The translations under genes were made by a program, and so were the position numbers. The notes under the pieces were generated by a model that saw only the letters and a list, made by a program, of their open reading frames with translations, did not search any database and was not told the origin of the DNA. Below are positions 11,512-20,927 of a stretch of 64,000 nt of DNA, piece after piece. Position 1 is the stretch's first letter, and every line of letters starts with the position of its first letter. Origin of the DNA: an uncultured Gammaproteobacteria bacterium (lineage in GTDB: Bacteria; Pseudomonadota; Gammaproteobacteria; UBA9214); the NCBI GenBank assembly GCA_963701505.1, contig CAVOZZ010000012.1, positions 80,219 to 144,218 of the forward strand, in the 5' to 3' direction.

Positions 11512-11769
11512 TCAGGCATTCCCTGCCTGAGTGTCATCTGGGGCATCATCCGAACCCGGTATGCGGACGTTGCGCGCCGGCACCACGGTCGAAATAGCGT
11601 GTTTGTAGACCATTTGACTGACTGCATTCTTCAAAAGTACAACAAATTGATCAAATGACTCAATCTGGCCCTGCAATTTGATGCCATTGACCAGGTAAAT
11701 CGAAACCGGGACTCGCTCTTTGCGCAAGGCATTCAGAAATGGGTCCTGCAAAGATTGTCCTCTATTCAT
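11512..11769 (-). CDS. hfq: RNA chaperone Hfq
   Basis: [44 protein letters not shown]...[13 protein letters not shown] is a canonical Sm-like Hfq sequence. Confidence 0.97.
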   Translation of the reverse strand: MNRGQSLQDPFLNALRKERVPVSIYLVNGIKLQGQIESFDQFVVLLKNAVSQMVYKHAISTVVPARNVRIPGSDDAPDDTQAGNA

Positions 11770-11879
11770 GTCGTTACTCCTTTTTCTTGTTCCGTATACA
11801 GCAATATTGTGATTATTGAATTCCTTTTCAACACTGTCCTTGTCAATCCTGCGCGAATGATACTAAATTTTTAGCACAA

Positions 11880-12860
11880 TCACATACTTATTTTATTATC
11901 CTGGCCATTGATTTCCAGCCAGTCGTCGAGTTTCCGGCAGACACCTTCCAGAACATGATCGTCCTCGGCGACAAAGCATTGCAGGCCGGGCTCACCCCGC
12001 AGCCAGGTCAGTTGACGCTTGGCATACTGGCGGGTCGCGATAATCGCCTGCTCGACCATCGCCTCATACGGCAGCCGGCCGGAGAGGTGGCGCCACACCT
12101 GACGATAACCGACCGCACGCATGGCAGGAAGTTCAGCACTCAAATCACCACGCTCGAACAGCTCCCTGACTTCGTCAAGCAATCCCTCTGCCAGCATCTG
12201 CCGGAATCTTGCCTCTATCCGGTCATGAAGCAATGACCTGTTTTCGGGGACCAACGCCAGTTTCAGCACCCGGTAAGGCAAGCCCGCGGCCGCTTGTTGC
12301 GCATGCAAGGCACTCATGGGCTGTCCGCTGAGTTCATAGACCTCCAGCGCCCGCTGGATGCGTTGTGGATCCGTGGCATGAATCCTCGCGGCCGATTCCG
12401 GGTCAACCGCTGCGAGGCGCGCATGCATGGCCTCCCAACCGTCACGTCTCGCCATCGCCTCCAGGCGGGCACGAACGTCCTGATCCGCGGCCGGCATAGC
12501 TGACAAGCCAAACTGCAATGCCCGGAAATACAGGAAAGTACCACCCACGAGTAACGGTATGCGGCCCCGGGCTGCGATCTCGGCCATTGCCAGCAACGCA
12601 TCTTCGCGGAATTCCGCGGCCGAATACGGTACCGAGGGGTCACGGATATCGATCAGGCGATGCGGTGCTACCTTCAGCACCCCGGCATCCGGCTTTGCCG
12701 TGCCAATCGACATATCCCGGTACACCAGCGCGGAATCTACGCTGATTATCTCCATTGGATAGCGCTTCACCAGCTCGATCGCCAGCGCGGTCTTGCCAGA
12801 CGCCGTTGGTCCCATGAGGAAGATCGCCGGTGGATGAGTGCTGATCATGTTTTCTTGCAT
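11880..12860 (-). CDS. miaA: tRNA dimethylallyltransferase
   Basis: The 326-aa ORF has a P-loop ([11 protein letters not shown]) and [20 protein letters not shown]. It lies in the mutL-miaA-hfq order. Confidence 0.93.
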   Translation of the reverse strand: MQENMISTHPPAIFLMGPTASGKTALAIELVKRYPMEIISVDSALVYRDMSIGTAKPDAGVLKVAPHRLIDIRDPSVPYSAAEFREDALLAMAEIAARGRIPLLVGGTFLYFRALQFGLSAMPAADQDVRARLEAMARRDGWEAMHARLAAVDPESAARIHATDPQRIQRALEVYELSGQPMSALHAQQAAAGLPYRVLKLALVPENRSLLHDRIEARFRQMLAEGLLDEVRELFERGDLSAELPAMRAVGYRQVWRHLSGRLPYEAMVEQAIIATRQYAKRQLTWLRGEPGLQCFVAEDDHVLEGVCRKLDDWLEINGQDNKISM

Positions 12861-12874
12861 GCTGAACAGTTGCT

Positions 12875-12970
12875 CCCTCTCCCATTGTGAGAGGGTTGGG
12901 GAAAGGGGATATATTCAGATAACCGCCTGATCCAATCCCCTCTTGCTGGCCTTCTCGCGCAGGGAGAAGG
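12875..12970. repeat. Pair of short REP-like hairpins in the miaA-mutL spacer
   Basis: CCCTCTC-N7-GAGAGGG lies at 12875-12895 and CCTTCTC-N7-GAGAAGG at 12950-12970. A related CCCCTC-N9-GAGGGG lies at 54256-54276. Confidence 0.5.
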
Positions 12971-12999
12971 GATGCTCTTTGTTTATCCGACGACTGAGT

Positions 13000-14787
13000 T
13001 TACCTGCCACGCTGGAACAGCTTGTCCAGCTCCGCCAGGCTGATCTGCACCCAGGTCGGACGACCGTGATTGCATTGCCCGCTGCGTTCGGTGACCTCCA
13101 TCTCGCGCAATAGTGCATTCATCTCCTCCATGCCGAGACGGCGATTGGCACGTACCGACCCGTGACAGGCCATGGTTGACAACAGTTCGTTGACAGAATC
13201 CTGGACCCGCTGACTGTGCCCATGCTCCAGCAGGTCAGACAATACATCACGCACCAGCATCGCAATATGCGCCTCGCGCAACAGCGCCGGCACCTGCCGA
13301 ACCATGACCCGCTCGGGACCGAGACGGTCAATCTCGAAACCCAGGGTGGCGAACCAGTCCTGACGCTGTTCGCAGACATCGGCTTCGTGCTGACTGACAT
13401 CCAGACTGACTGGCACCAGCAACGGTTGCATGCGAATACCCTCGCCCTGCTCCGCGTTCTTCAGTCCTTCATAGGTGATCCGCTCATGCGCGGCATGCAT
13501 ATCCACCAGCACTAATCCGTCACTGTTCTGGGCAAGGATATACACGCCGTGTAACTGGGCCAGCGCGAAGCCCAGTGGATACTCTTGCGGCATAGTCGCT
13601 GCAACCGCAGCCGCTGCCGGTTCAACCGGGGGTACAGCTGGTTGCGGATGCAAGGCTGCATAGCGCGACACCTGCTCCTGTACACCCAGCGACATCCTGC
13701 CCTGTGATGGCACATCGCCCTTTGCCGTCGTGATGCGCAATGCATCCAGCGACCTTGCGGGCTGTGGCAGCGGCTGGTCATTAGCGGGGCGCAGTTGTGC
13801 AAGTGCTTCATGCAGGGTCCTGAACAGGTAATCATGCACCAGGCGGCTGTCTCGAAAGCGAACCTCATGCTTGGTTGGATGCGCATTGACATCCACCGAG
13901 GCCGGGTCGATCGCCAGGAACAACACATAGGCAGGGTGTCGCCCGTGGAACAATACGTCCTGGTAGGCCTGGCGTATGGCGTGCGAGACCAGCTTGTCGC
14001 GCACCATGCGATTATTTACATAGAAGAACTGCAAATCGGCCTGGCTGCGGGAAAAAGTCGGCTGCGCCACCCAGCCATGCAGTGACAAGCCAGCGGCGGC
14101 GTGATTGATGTAGAGAGCCTGCTCCACAAAGGCCTTGCCGCATAACTCCGCAACACGTCGCTGTTGCTGCTCACGGGTGATGGCGCCCGGCAGGTGAAAA
14201 ACGGGCCGCTGGTTATGCTGCAGCCTGAAGGCAACCGGAAAACAACTCAGCGCAAGGCGCCGTACCACGTCTTCAATGTGCTTGAATTCGGTCGTCTCGG
14301 TGCGCAGGAACTTGCGGCGTGCCGGAGTATTGAAAAACAGGTCCTTTACATCGACCGTGGTGCCGGGCGTGTGGGCAACCGGGGCAGCTTCCAGTGACTG
14401 ATCCGAGCCATCACCGCGCACCGTCCAGCCGCTGTCCGCCGATGCGGTCCGTGAACTGAGCTGCAGGCGTGACACCGACGCGATGCTCGGCAGGGCCTCA
14501 CCGCGGAAGCCCAGGCTGCTGACTTGTTCAAGGTCCTGCAGCGAAGCAATCTTGCTGGTCGCATGCCGTGACAGGGCCAGTGACAGCTCGGCCTGCTGAA
14601 TACCGACGCCATCGTCACGCACTCGAATGCGTTGTTTCCCACCCTGCTCGATATCCACCTCGATGCCCTGTGCGCCGGCATCGATACTGTTCTCCAGCAG
14701 TTCCTTGACCACGGACGCGGGCCGTTCAATGACCTCACCGGCTGCGATCTGGTTGACGAGTTGTGAAGGAAGAATCTGGATGGACAT
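13000..14787 (-). CDS. mutL: DNA mismatch repair protein MutL
   Basis: Intact 595-aa ORF with the GHKL ATPase N-terminus ([37 protein letters not shown]) and a C-terminal dimerisation domain. Confidence 0.95.
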   Translation of the reverse strand: MSIQILPSQLVNQIAAGEVIERPASVVKELLENSIDAGAQGIEVDIEQGGKQRIRVRDDGVGIQQAELSLALSRHATSKIASLQDLEQVSSLGFRGEALPSIASVSRLQLSSRTASADSGWTVRGDGSDQSLEAAPVAHTPGTTVDVKDLFFNTPARRKFLRTETTEFKHIEDVVRRLALSCFPVAFRLQHNQRPVFHLPGAITREQQQRRVAELCGKAFVEQALYINHAAAGLSLHGWVAQPTFSRSQADLQFFYVNNRMVRDKLVSHAIRQAYQDVLFHGRHPAYVLFLAIDPASVDVNAHPTKHEVRFRDSRLVHDYLFRTLHEALAQLRPANDQPLPQPARSLDALRITTAKGDVPSQGRMSLGVQEQVSRYAALHPQPAVPPVEPAAAAVAATMPQEYPLGFALAQLHGVYILAQNSDGLVLVDMHAAHERITYEGLKNAEQGEGIRMQPLLVPVSLDVSQHEADVCEQRQDWFATLGFEIDRLGPERVMVRQVPALLREAHIAMLVRDVLSDLLEHGHSQRVQDSVNELLSTMACHGSVRANRRLGMEEMNALLREMEVTERSGQCNHGRPTWVQISLAELDKLFQRGR

Positions 14788-14834
14788 ATATCAAAACAGG
14801 CAAGAACTGGAATGGCTCTTACTTAAAGAACCCT

Positions 14835-14900
14835 GCCACGGAAACACACGGAAGGTCACGGAAATATTAAGGCAATTTTTCTTCTGTGTGTTTCCGTGGC
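14835..14900. repeat. Palindromic intergenic repeat, copy A (CACGGAA-unit family)
   Basis: GCCACGGAAACACACGGAAG lies at 14835-14854. Its imperfect inverse CTTCTGTGTGTTTCCGTGGC lies at 14881-14900, matching 19 of 20 positions with a 26-nt spacer. Related copies are at 20763-20847 and 35407-35442. Confidence 0.7.
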
Positions 14901-15084
14901 CAATTGTACATATATCCAGATGACACTGCTAAAGCACGCGCCATTCGGGTAAGGACAGGACCTGCTCATGATACCGCCAGGACGCACGACAGAGAAGCAG
15001 GAAGACCGGCGAACCGCTCAATCAGTGAAATAGAGCCTTCCTCGCATAAACGCCGGAGGCAAGAACGAACGGTCGGGCATTTGA

Positions 15085-16521
15085 CTAGCTGCCGCGCATC
15101 GGTGGAATGCGCAGGGTGTCGCCAACACGCAGCTGGTCGGATTTCAGGCTGTTAAAACCCCGCAGGCTGTTCAGATTCACCTGGTAGGCAGCAGCGATCT
15201 CACTCAGGGTATCCCCGTCCTTGACCGTATGCTTGCGGGCCACTCTCAAGGTACCGGGCGGCGGGTGATTATCAAAATAGTCACGAATACCGCTGAGCAT
15301 GGCCTGCGCGAGCTTTGCCTGGTGCTGGGTATTGCGCAGGTTGTCTTCTTCTGCCGGGTTGGAGATAAAGGCAGTCTCAACCAGAATCGACGGGATATCG
15401 GGTGATTTGAGCACCACGAAACCGGCCCGCTGCACACTGGACTTGTGTGTTTTACCCAAGCGCTTCAGCTCGCCCAGCATATTCGAGGCCACCTCGTGAC
15501 TAGCTGCAATGGACGCCGATTGCGACAGATCCAGCAACACTCCGGCGAGTACGTCATCCTTGTCATCGAGACTGACGCCACCGGCAAGATCGGCGGCATT
15601 TTCCTTGGCCGCTATCCAGCGCGCCATTTCGGATGATGCACCGTTACGTGACAGCACGAACACGGATGAGCCGCGCGCACGCTGGTCACGAAAGGCATCG
15701 GCATGGATCGAGAGAAACAGGTCGGCATTGTGCTTGCGTGCCTTGTCAATACGCTGACGCAATCCAATGTAGTAGTCACCTTCGCGTATCAACACCGGTC
15801 GCATACCCGGTTCCTTCTCGATAAGTGCGGCCAGTTTGCGTGCGATGTCCAGCACCACCGTCTTTTCACGGGTGCCGCGCCGCCCTATGGCACCCGGATC
15901 TTCACCACCGTGCCCGGCATCAATGGCAATGACCAGTTCACGCAATGGTGTCGAACTGTTGGTGGTCACAGTGGCGGTCGTGGTGTCGGCGGCAGTCGTT
16001 GTCTTTACCGGTGCGGGATGGTCAGGCTTATTGGCAGGTGTCGAAACGGTTGCGGATTCAGCCAGGTTTTCTGTCTTGCCGACTTCATAGAGGTCAATGA
16101 CCAGCCGGTGACCATACTGTTTATTGGGTTTCAGGCTAAATGCTTTTGGCTTCGCGCCTTGCGTCAGGTCGAGTACGATACGCAGGGTGTCCTTGTCCTT
16201 GTGCGCCGTGCGCACCCCCTTGACCAGACCACCGGCGGCTTGCGCTGCCTTCATGGAGCTTGCGGCGCGTGCAGACGCGACATCGATGACGAGCCGATCG
16301 GGATTCTGCAAGGAAAAGATCTTATGGCTCACGGAACCGCTGGTATCAAATACCACGCGGGTATGATCGGGTGCCGCCCATAGACGAACCCCTTTAAAAT
16401 CAACAGCCTCAGCACAGACTGCCGCCTGTCCGGTGAGCCAGAGACACAGCCCCGCCAGCAGCCTGATCACCTGGTGTTGTGTGCGTGATCCCCTATTCAT
16501 TGCGTGGGATTCTAGCCACAA
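15085..16521 (-). CDS. amiB: N-acetylmuramoyl-L-alanine amidase (AmiB/AmiC type; AMIN, Amidase_3 and C-terminal LysM domains)
   Basis: The 478-aa ORF has a signal sequence and the amidase_3 core (VIAIDAGHGGEDPGA...LSIHADA...ETAFISNP). The LysM domain reads HTVKDGDTLSEIAAAYQVNLNSLRGFN. The true start is probably the internal MNRGS. Confidence 0.9.
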   Translation of the reverse strand: MWLESHAMNRGSRTQHQVIRLLAGLCLWLTGQAAVCAEAVDFKGVRLWAAPDHTRVVFDTSGSVSHKIFSLQNPDRLVIDVASARAASSMKAAQAAGGLVKGVRTAHKDKDTLRIVLDLTQGAKPKAFSLKPNKQYGHRLVIDLYEVGKTENLAESATVSTPANKPDHPAPVKTTTAADTTTATVTTNSSTPLRELVIAIDAGHGGEDPGAIGRRGTREKTVVLDIARKLAALIEKEPGMRPVLIREGDYYIGLRQRIDKARKHNADLFLSIHADAFRDQRARGSSVFVLSRNGASSEMARWIAAKENAADLAGGVSLDDKDDVLAGVLLDLSQSASIAASHEVASNMLGELKRLGKTHKSSVQRAGFVVLKSPDIPSILVETAFISNPAEEDNLRNTQHQAKLAQAMLSGIRDYFDNHPPPGTLRVARKHTVKDGDTLSEIAAAYQVNLNSLRGFNSLKSDQLRVGDTLRIPPMRGS

Positions 16522-16613
16522 TTTATGGGTTAATGCAAGAAATACTGTTTAATCTCTTTGGGATAGCGTCAAGAGATAAACGCCAGTCGAGATAACCGCC
16601 CTACCTGGCAACA

Positions 16614-17087
16614 TCAGGCGTTCTCGAGCGCCCTCAGCAGCAGCTTTCCTGCCCCGGTAGCCGGCACCAACCGTGCCACGCGACCGCTGCCCGAATATTC
16701 CATATAAATGGTGAGATCTGCCGGTGGCAGGACACGCCGCTACCCCGCTCTGGCCACTCCACTATCAATAGCGCCGGTTCCTCCAGCATGTCACGCAAAC
16801 CCAGCCATTCCAGTTCTTCCGCATCGGCAAGGCGGTACAGGTCCAGATGGAACACCGGGCAGCGATTCACAGGCGTAGGGTTCAACCAGGGTATAGGTCG
16901 GGCTTCTCACCTTGCCGGTATAACCCAGCGCATGGATCAAGCCGCGCACCAGGGTTGTCTTGCCGGCACCCAGATCGCCTATTAAATAGATCACCGCCGG
17001 GGTAACGGATGCCGCCAGTCGCGCTCCCAGCTCTTCCGTGGCGGCCGCATCAAGCAGCTCACGCCTCATGCGTGTCCCTCGATGCAT
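16614..17087 (-). pseudogene. tsaE: tRNA t6A biosynthesis ATPase TsaE (YjeE), frame-disrupted (2 shifts, near 16870 and 16735)
   Basis: The P-loop fragment reads [16 protein letters not shown]...[10 protein letters not shown]. The next fragment reads [22 protein letters not shown]...LIVEWPERG. A third frame gives LPPADLTIYMEYSGSGRVARL...ENA and a stop. Confidence 0.85.
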
Positions 17088-18568
17088 TCAGCAGCGTGCG
17101 CAAGGCCGCAATGACATCACGCGCCATCAGGCCACGTTCACCCTGCCTGGCGGCAAGATCACCGGCACAGGCATGGGCACATACGCCTGCGACTGCCGCA
17201 GCATCGATCTCCATCCCCTGCGCGATCAGCGCCGCAATCACCCCGGCCAGTACGTCACCGGTACCGGCGCTCGCCATGCCCGGGATTACCAGCCGCGCAC
17301 ACCAGCGGCTCGCCACCGGCCGGCTGGATCAGGGTACCGGCCCCCTTCAGTACCGTCGTCCCCCCGTATTGAGCTGAGATCGCACGGGCGGCTGCGAAGC
17401 GGTCGGCCTGTACACGGGTCACTGTCTGGTCCAGCAGGCGTGCGGCCTCCCCCGGGTGCGGTGTCAGCACCTGCCGCTCGAAGGGTGCAGCCCCACCTGC
17501 CAGGCAATTCAGCGCATCGGCATCGATGACCCTTGGCAGGGAGGCCTCCAGCACCACCGCCAGCAGTGACTGTGCCCAGGCAGAGCGGCCAAGGCCGGGA
17601 CCGATCAATACCACCGTGGTGGAACCAAGCAGTGCCTGCAGCTCCCGGGCGATGGTCACACCATGACACATCAGCTCCGGACAGGCAGCAGCGATCAGCG
17701 CGGCATGTTCAGGGCGGGTGGCAATACTCACCCGACCCGCGCCACTGCGCAGTGCCGCCTCACCGGCAAGTCGTGCTGCTCCCAACATACCGTGGTCACC
17801 ACCGACGACCAGCACATGACCGTAATGCCCCTTGTGCGAATTGTGCAAGCGTGGCGTTGCCAGCGTGCCGAACGCTGGCTGCCGCAGCAGCGTCGCCGCC
17901 GCTGGCACCTGCCTGAGGAGATCCGGGGGCACCCCCAGATCCGCGAAGCAGATGTCACCGCAATAATCTGCGGCGGCACCGGTATACATGCCGGTCTTGC
18001 GGCCGATGAAGGTCACCGTTTGTTGTGCCTGTATGGCAGCGCCCGCCACTGCGCCGGTATCCGCCTGCAAACCACTCGGGATATCCACGGCAAGCACCGG
18101 GACGGCGGCCGCGTTAATGGCATCAATCGCGCTACGCCATAAACCCTCGACCGGGCGGTCCACACCGGTCCCCAGCAGGGCATCCACAATGATCTCGGCC
18201 TCGATCGCTGCAGTGTCAGTAAATGACCGTATCTGACCACCTGCCGAGATAAAGGCATCCCGGGCCTGGCAGGCATCGGGGTGCATCCGGGCCGGATCAC
18301 CCAGCTGGTACAGCTGCACCTGCCAGTTCGCCTCCAGTGCCAGGCGCGCAAGGACAAAACCGTCGCCACCGTTGTTGCCGGCACCACAGAATACGGCGAC
18401 ACTGCGAGCCGTGGGCCACTGCGACTGCATCAACCCCCAGCAGGCCTCGGCTGCGCGTGTCATCAGTGTGTAACCCGGGATGCCAGCGACTTCCATCGCC
18501 AGGCGGTCCAGTTCGCGCAGCTGTGCTGCGGTGTAGAGAGGCTGCGCTTGCGCGTTGCTGTCTGTCAT
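17059..18568 (-). pseudogene. nnr: Bifunctional NAD(P)H-hydrate repair enzyme Nnr (YjeF), frame-disrupted near 17280
   Basis: The ORF has an N-terminal epimerase domain (FCGAGNNGGDGFVLAR) and a C-terminal dehydratase domain. The conserved GNPGMASAGTGDVLAGVIAAL continues in ORF 17059-17316. The likely start is MTDSNAQ at 18568. Confidence 0.88.
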
Positions 18569-18705
18569 GCGGTAATGCCCAGGCGTTGGAAGGGTTCGAT
18601 ATGTACCGCAAAGCGGCGAAGTACGCAAAGAAAACACTTACAATTACACTCATCTTCCGTTGTTTCTTTGCGCCCGCCGCGCCTTTAGGCTGAAATAAGA
18701 CCATC

Positions 18706-19782
18706 ATGGCTAGCACCGGCACCCACCCTGACCCGGATCTTGATTACCGGGCACTCGGCCGACACATCAAGCGCTGGGGAGTGGAACTGGGCTTCCAGCA
18801 GGTCGGCATCACCGCTACCCGGCTGGAAAAGGATGAAGCCTGGCTGTTGCAGTGGTTGCAAGCCGGGCACCACGGTGAAATGGATTACATGCAGCGACAT
18901 GGCACTCGTCGCAGCCGGCCGGACGAACTGGTGCCCGGTACGGTGCGTGTCATATCCGTGCGCATGAATTACTGGCCCGCCGGGGCATGCACCGCCGACG
19001 CGGTACTGCAGGATCCGGCACTGGCCTACCTGTCCCGCTATGCGCTCGGTCGTGACTACCACAAGCTGATTCGCAAGCGGCTGCAACAACTGGCAACCAG
19101 GATCGAATCACTCGCCGGGCCATTCGGATACCGCGCCTTTACCGATAGCGCACCGGTACTGGAAAAGGCACTGGCGCAACAGGCCGGACTTGGCTGGATC
19201 GGCAAGCACACCAACCTGATCAACGAACGGGCCGGCTCCTGGTTTTTTCTTGGAGAGCTGTATACCAACCTGCCGTTACCGGTAGACGCGCCCGCAGACA
19301 ATCATTGCGGCAGCTGCCGCAATTGTATCGACGCCTGTCCAACCCGCGCCATCATTGCACCCTACCAACTCGATGCCCGTCTGTGTATCTCCTACCTCAC
19401 CATCGAATTACGCGGCGCTATCCCCGAGCAACTGCGCCCGTTGATTGGCAACCGCGTCTATGGTTGCGATGACTGCCAGCTGGTGTGTCCATGGAACCGT
19501 TTTGCAAGTCCGGGGGCTGAGGATGATTTTAACCCCCGCCACGGCCTGGACAGCCGCTCGCTGTTGCAGCTGTTTGCATGGAGTGAACAGGACTTTGAAG
19601 AGTATACCCGGGGCAGTGCCATCCATCGCATTGGTTATGAATGCTGGTTGCGCAACCTCGCTGTCGGTCTTGGCAATGCGCCAACCTCGGGTGCGGTGAT
19701 CACCGCACTAAGGGCCCGGCAGGAAGACCCTTCTGCGCTGGTGCGGGAACATGTGGCGTGGGCCCTGCGACAGCATTTGTAA
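18706..19782 (+). CDS. queG: Epoxyqueuosine reductase
   Basis: The 358-aa ORF has two 4Fe-4S motifs (CGSCRNCIDACPT, CDDCQLVCPWNRF) and C-terminal HEAT-like repeats. Confidence 0.93.
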   Translation: MASTGTHPDPDLDYRALGRHIKRWGVELGFQQVGITATRLEKDEAWLLQWLQAGHHGEMDYMQRHGTRRSRPDELVPGTVRVISVRMNYWPAGACTADAVLQDPALAYLSRYALGRDYHKLIRKRLQQLATRIESLAGPFGYRAFTDSAPVLEKALAQQAGLGWIGKHTNLINERAGSWFFLGELYTNLPLPVDAPADNHCGSCRNCIDACPTRAIIAPYQLDARLCISYLTIELRGAIPEQLRPLIGNRVYGCDDCQLVCPWNRFASPGAEDDFNPRHGLDSRSLLQLFAWSEQDFEEYTRGSAIHRIGYECWLRNLAVGLGNAPTSGAVITALRARQEDPSALVREHVAWALRQHL

Positions 19783-19821
19783 CGCTGGCGAGAGATCCTA
19801 TCGCCTCTGGATCGAATGCTG

Positions 19822-20682
19822 TTACCGTTTGTCCTTAAGCTTCAGGGCCTGCTCATACAGCATATTCCTGGAAGCCCCGGTAATCCGGGCGGCCAGCGAG
19901 GTGGCCTGTTTCAGTGGCAACTCCGCCAACAGTAGCTCCAGCACCTGCCCGGATACCGCATCGACCGCCGCAGGATCCCGCGGCGGCGCACCCTGCACCA
20001 TAACGACGAATTCACCTTTCTGCTGATAACGGTCTGCCTGTAACTGTTCTAGCAGCCCGTTCAGTGTCCCTGTCAGAACCGTTTCAAAGGTCTTGGTCAG
20101 CTCGCGGGCAATGCTGGCCTCACGGTCGCCTCCCAGGCAGTCACCCATGTCAGCCAGGCAGTCTTCGATCCGGTGACTGGATTCGTAAAACACCAGTGTC
20201 GCTGTTGCTGCGGCCAGCTCCTGCAGACGCTGCCGGCGTGCGGCCTGCCTGGCCGGCAAGAATCCCTCAAAGACAAAGCGGTCGGTGGGCAACCCTGCCA
20301 CCGACAGGGCCGCGACCAGGGCCGAGGGACCTGGGACCGGGACAACCCGGATACCGGCCTGTCGGGCCGTACGCACCAGGTGAAAACCGGGGTCACTGAT
20401 CAGTGGCGTGCCAGCATCCGATATCAGCGCGATATCCGCGCCTGCAAGCAGTTTCTGTACCAGCCTGTCAGTAACATCGCGCTCGTTATGTTCATGCACA
20501 GACTGCAGCGGCGTGCCGATGCCGTAGTGTGCCAGCAGCTTTTTGCTGTGCCGGGTATCTTCAGCCGCAACCAGTGACACGGCCTTGAGCACCTCGAGTG
20601 CACGCGCAGAAATATCCTGCAGATTACCAATCGGGGTGGCTACGATGTATAACACCCCGGCACGGTGATCAGGCTTGCTCAT
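19822..20682 (-). CDS. rsmI: 16S rRNA (cytidine1402-2'-O)-methyltransferase RsmI
   Basis: The 286-aa ORF reads LYIVATPIGNLQDISARALEVLKAVSLVAAEDTRHSKKLL (tetrapyrrole-methylase fold). It is divergent from lpoA, as in E. coli. Confidence 0.92.
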   Translation of the reverse strand: MSKPDHRAGVLYIVATPIGNLQDISARALEVLKAVSLVAAEDTRHSKKLLAHYGIGTPLQSVHEHNERDVTDRLVQKLLAGADIALISDAGTPLISDPGFHLVRTARQAGIRVVPVPGPSALVAALSVAGLPTDRFVFEGFLPARQAARRQRLQELAAATATLVFYESSHRIEDCLADMGDCLGGDREASIARELTKTFETVLTGTLNGLLEQLQADRYQQKGEFVVMVQGAPPRDPAAVDAVSGQVLELLLAELPLKQATSLAARITGASRNMLYEQALKLKDKR

Positions 20683-20762
20683 GATGGGCGCATCCTAGTA
20701 CGCCTGCAACGGGATAACAACGCAGGCAGAATGATCTCACGTCACAGATCTGTATTTTTTTA

Positions 20763-20847
20763 GCCACGAAAACACACGGAATCACATCAGGACTATGCCT
20801 GGCAAGATATTTATTTTTTTCCGTGTAATTCCGTGCGCCTCCGTGGC
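20763..20847. repeat. Palindromic intergenic repeat, copy B (CACGGAA-unit family)
   Basis: GCCACGAAAACACACGGAA ... TTCCGTGTAATTCCGTGCGCCTCCGTGGC. Like copy A, it ends in GGCCAA(a/t)TGT. It lies in the divergent rsmI/lpoA spacer. Confidence 0.6.
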
Positions 20848-20927
20848 CAAATGTTTATCTGTATATTTAGTAGACGTTGATTCGGCTTTTCAGTAGAGTC
20901 TGCGGACGTTCACCAATCGTGTTTTCA

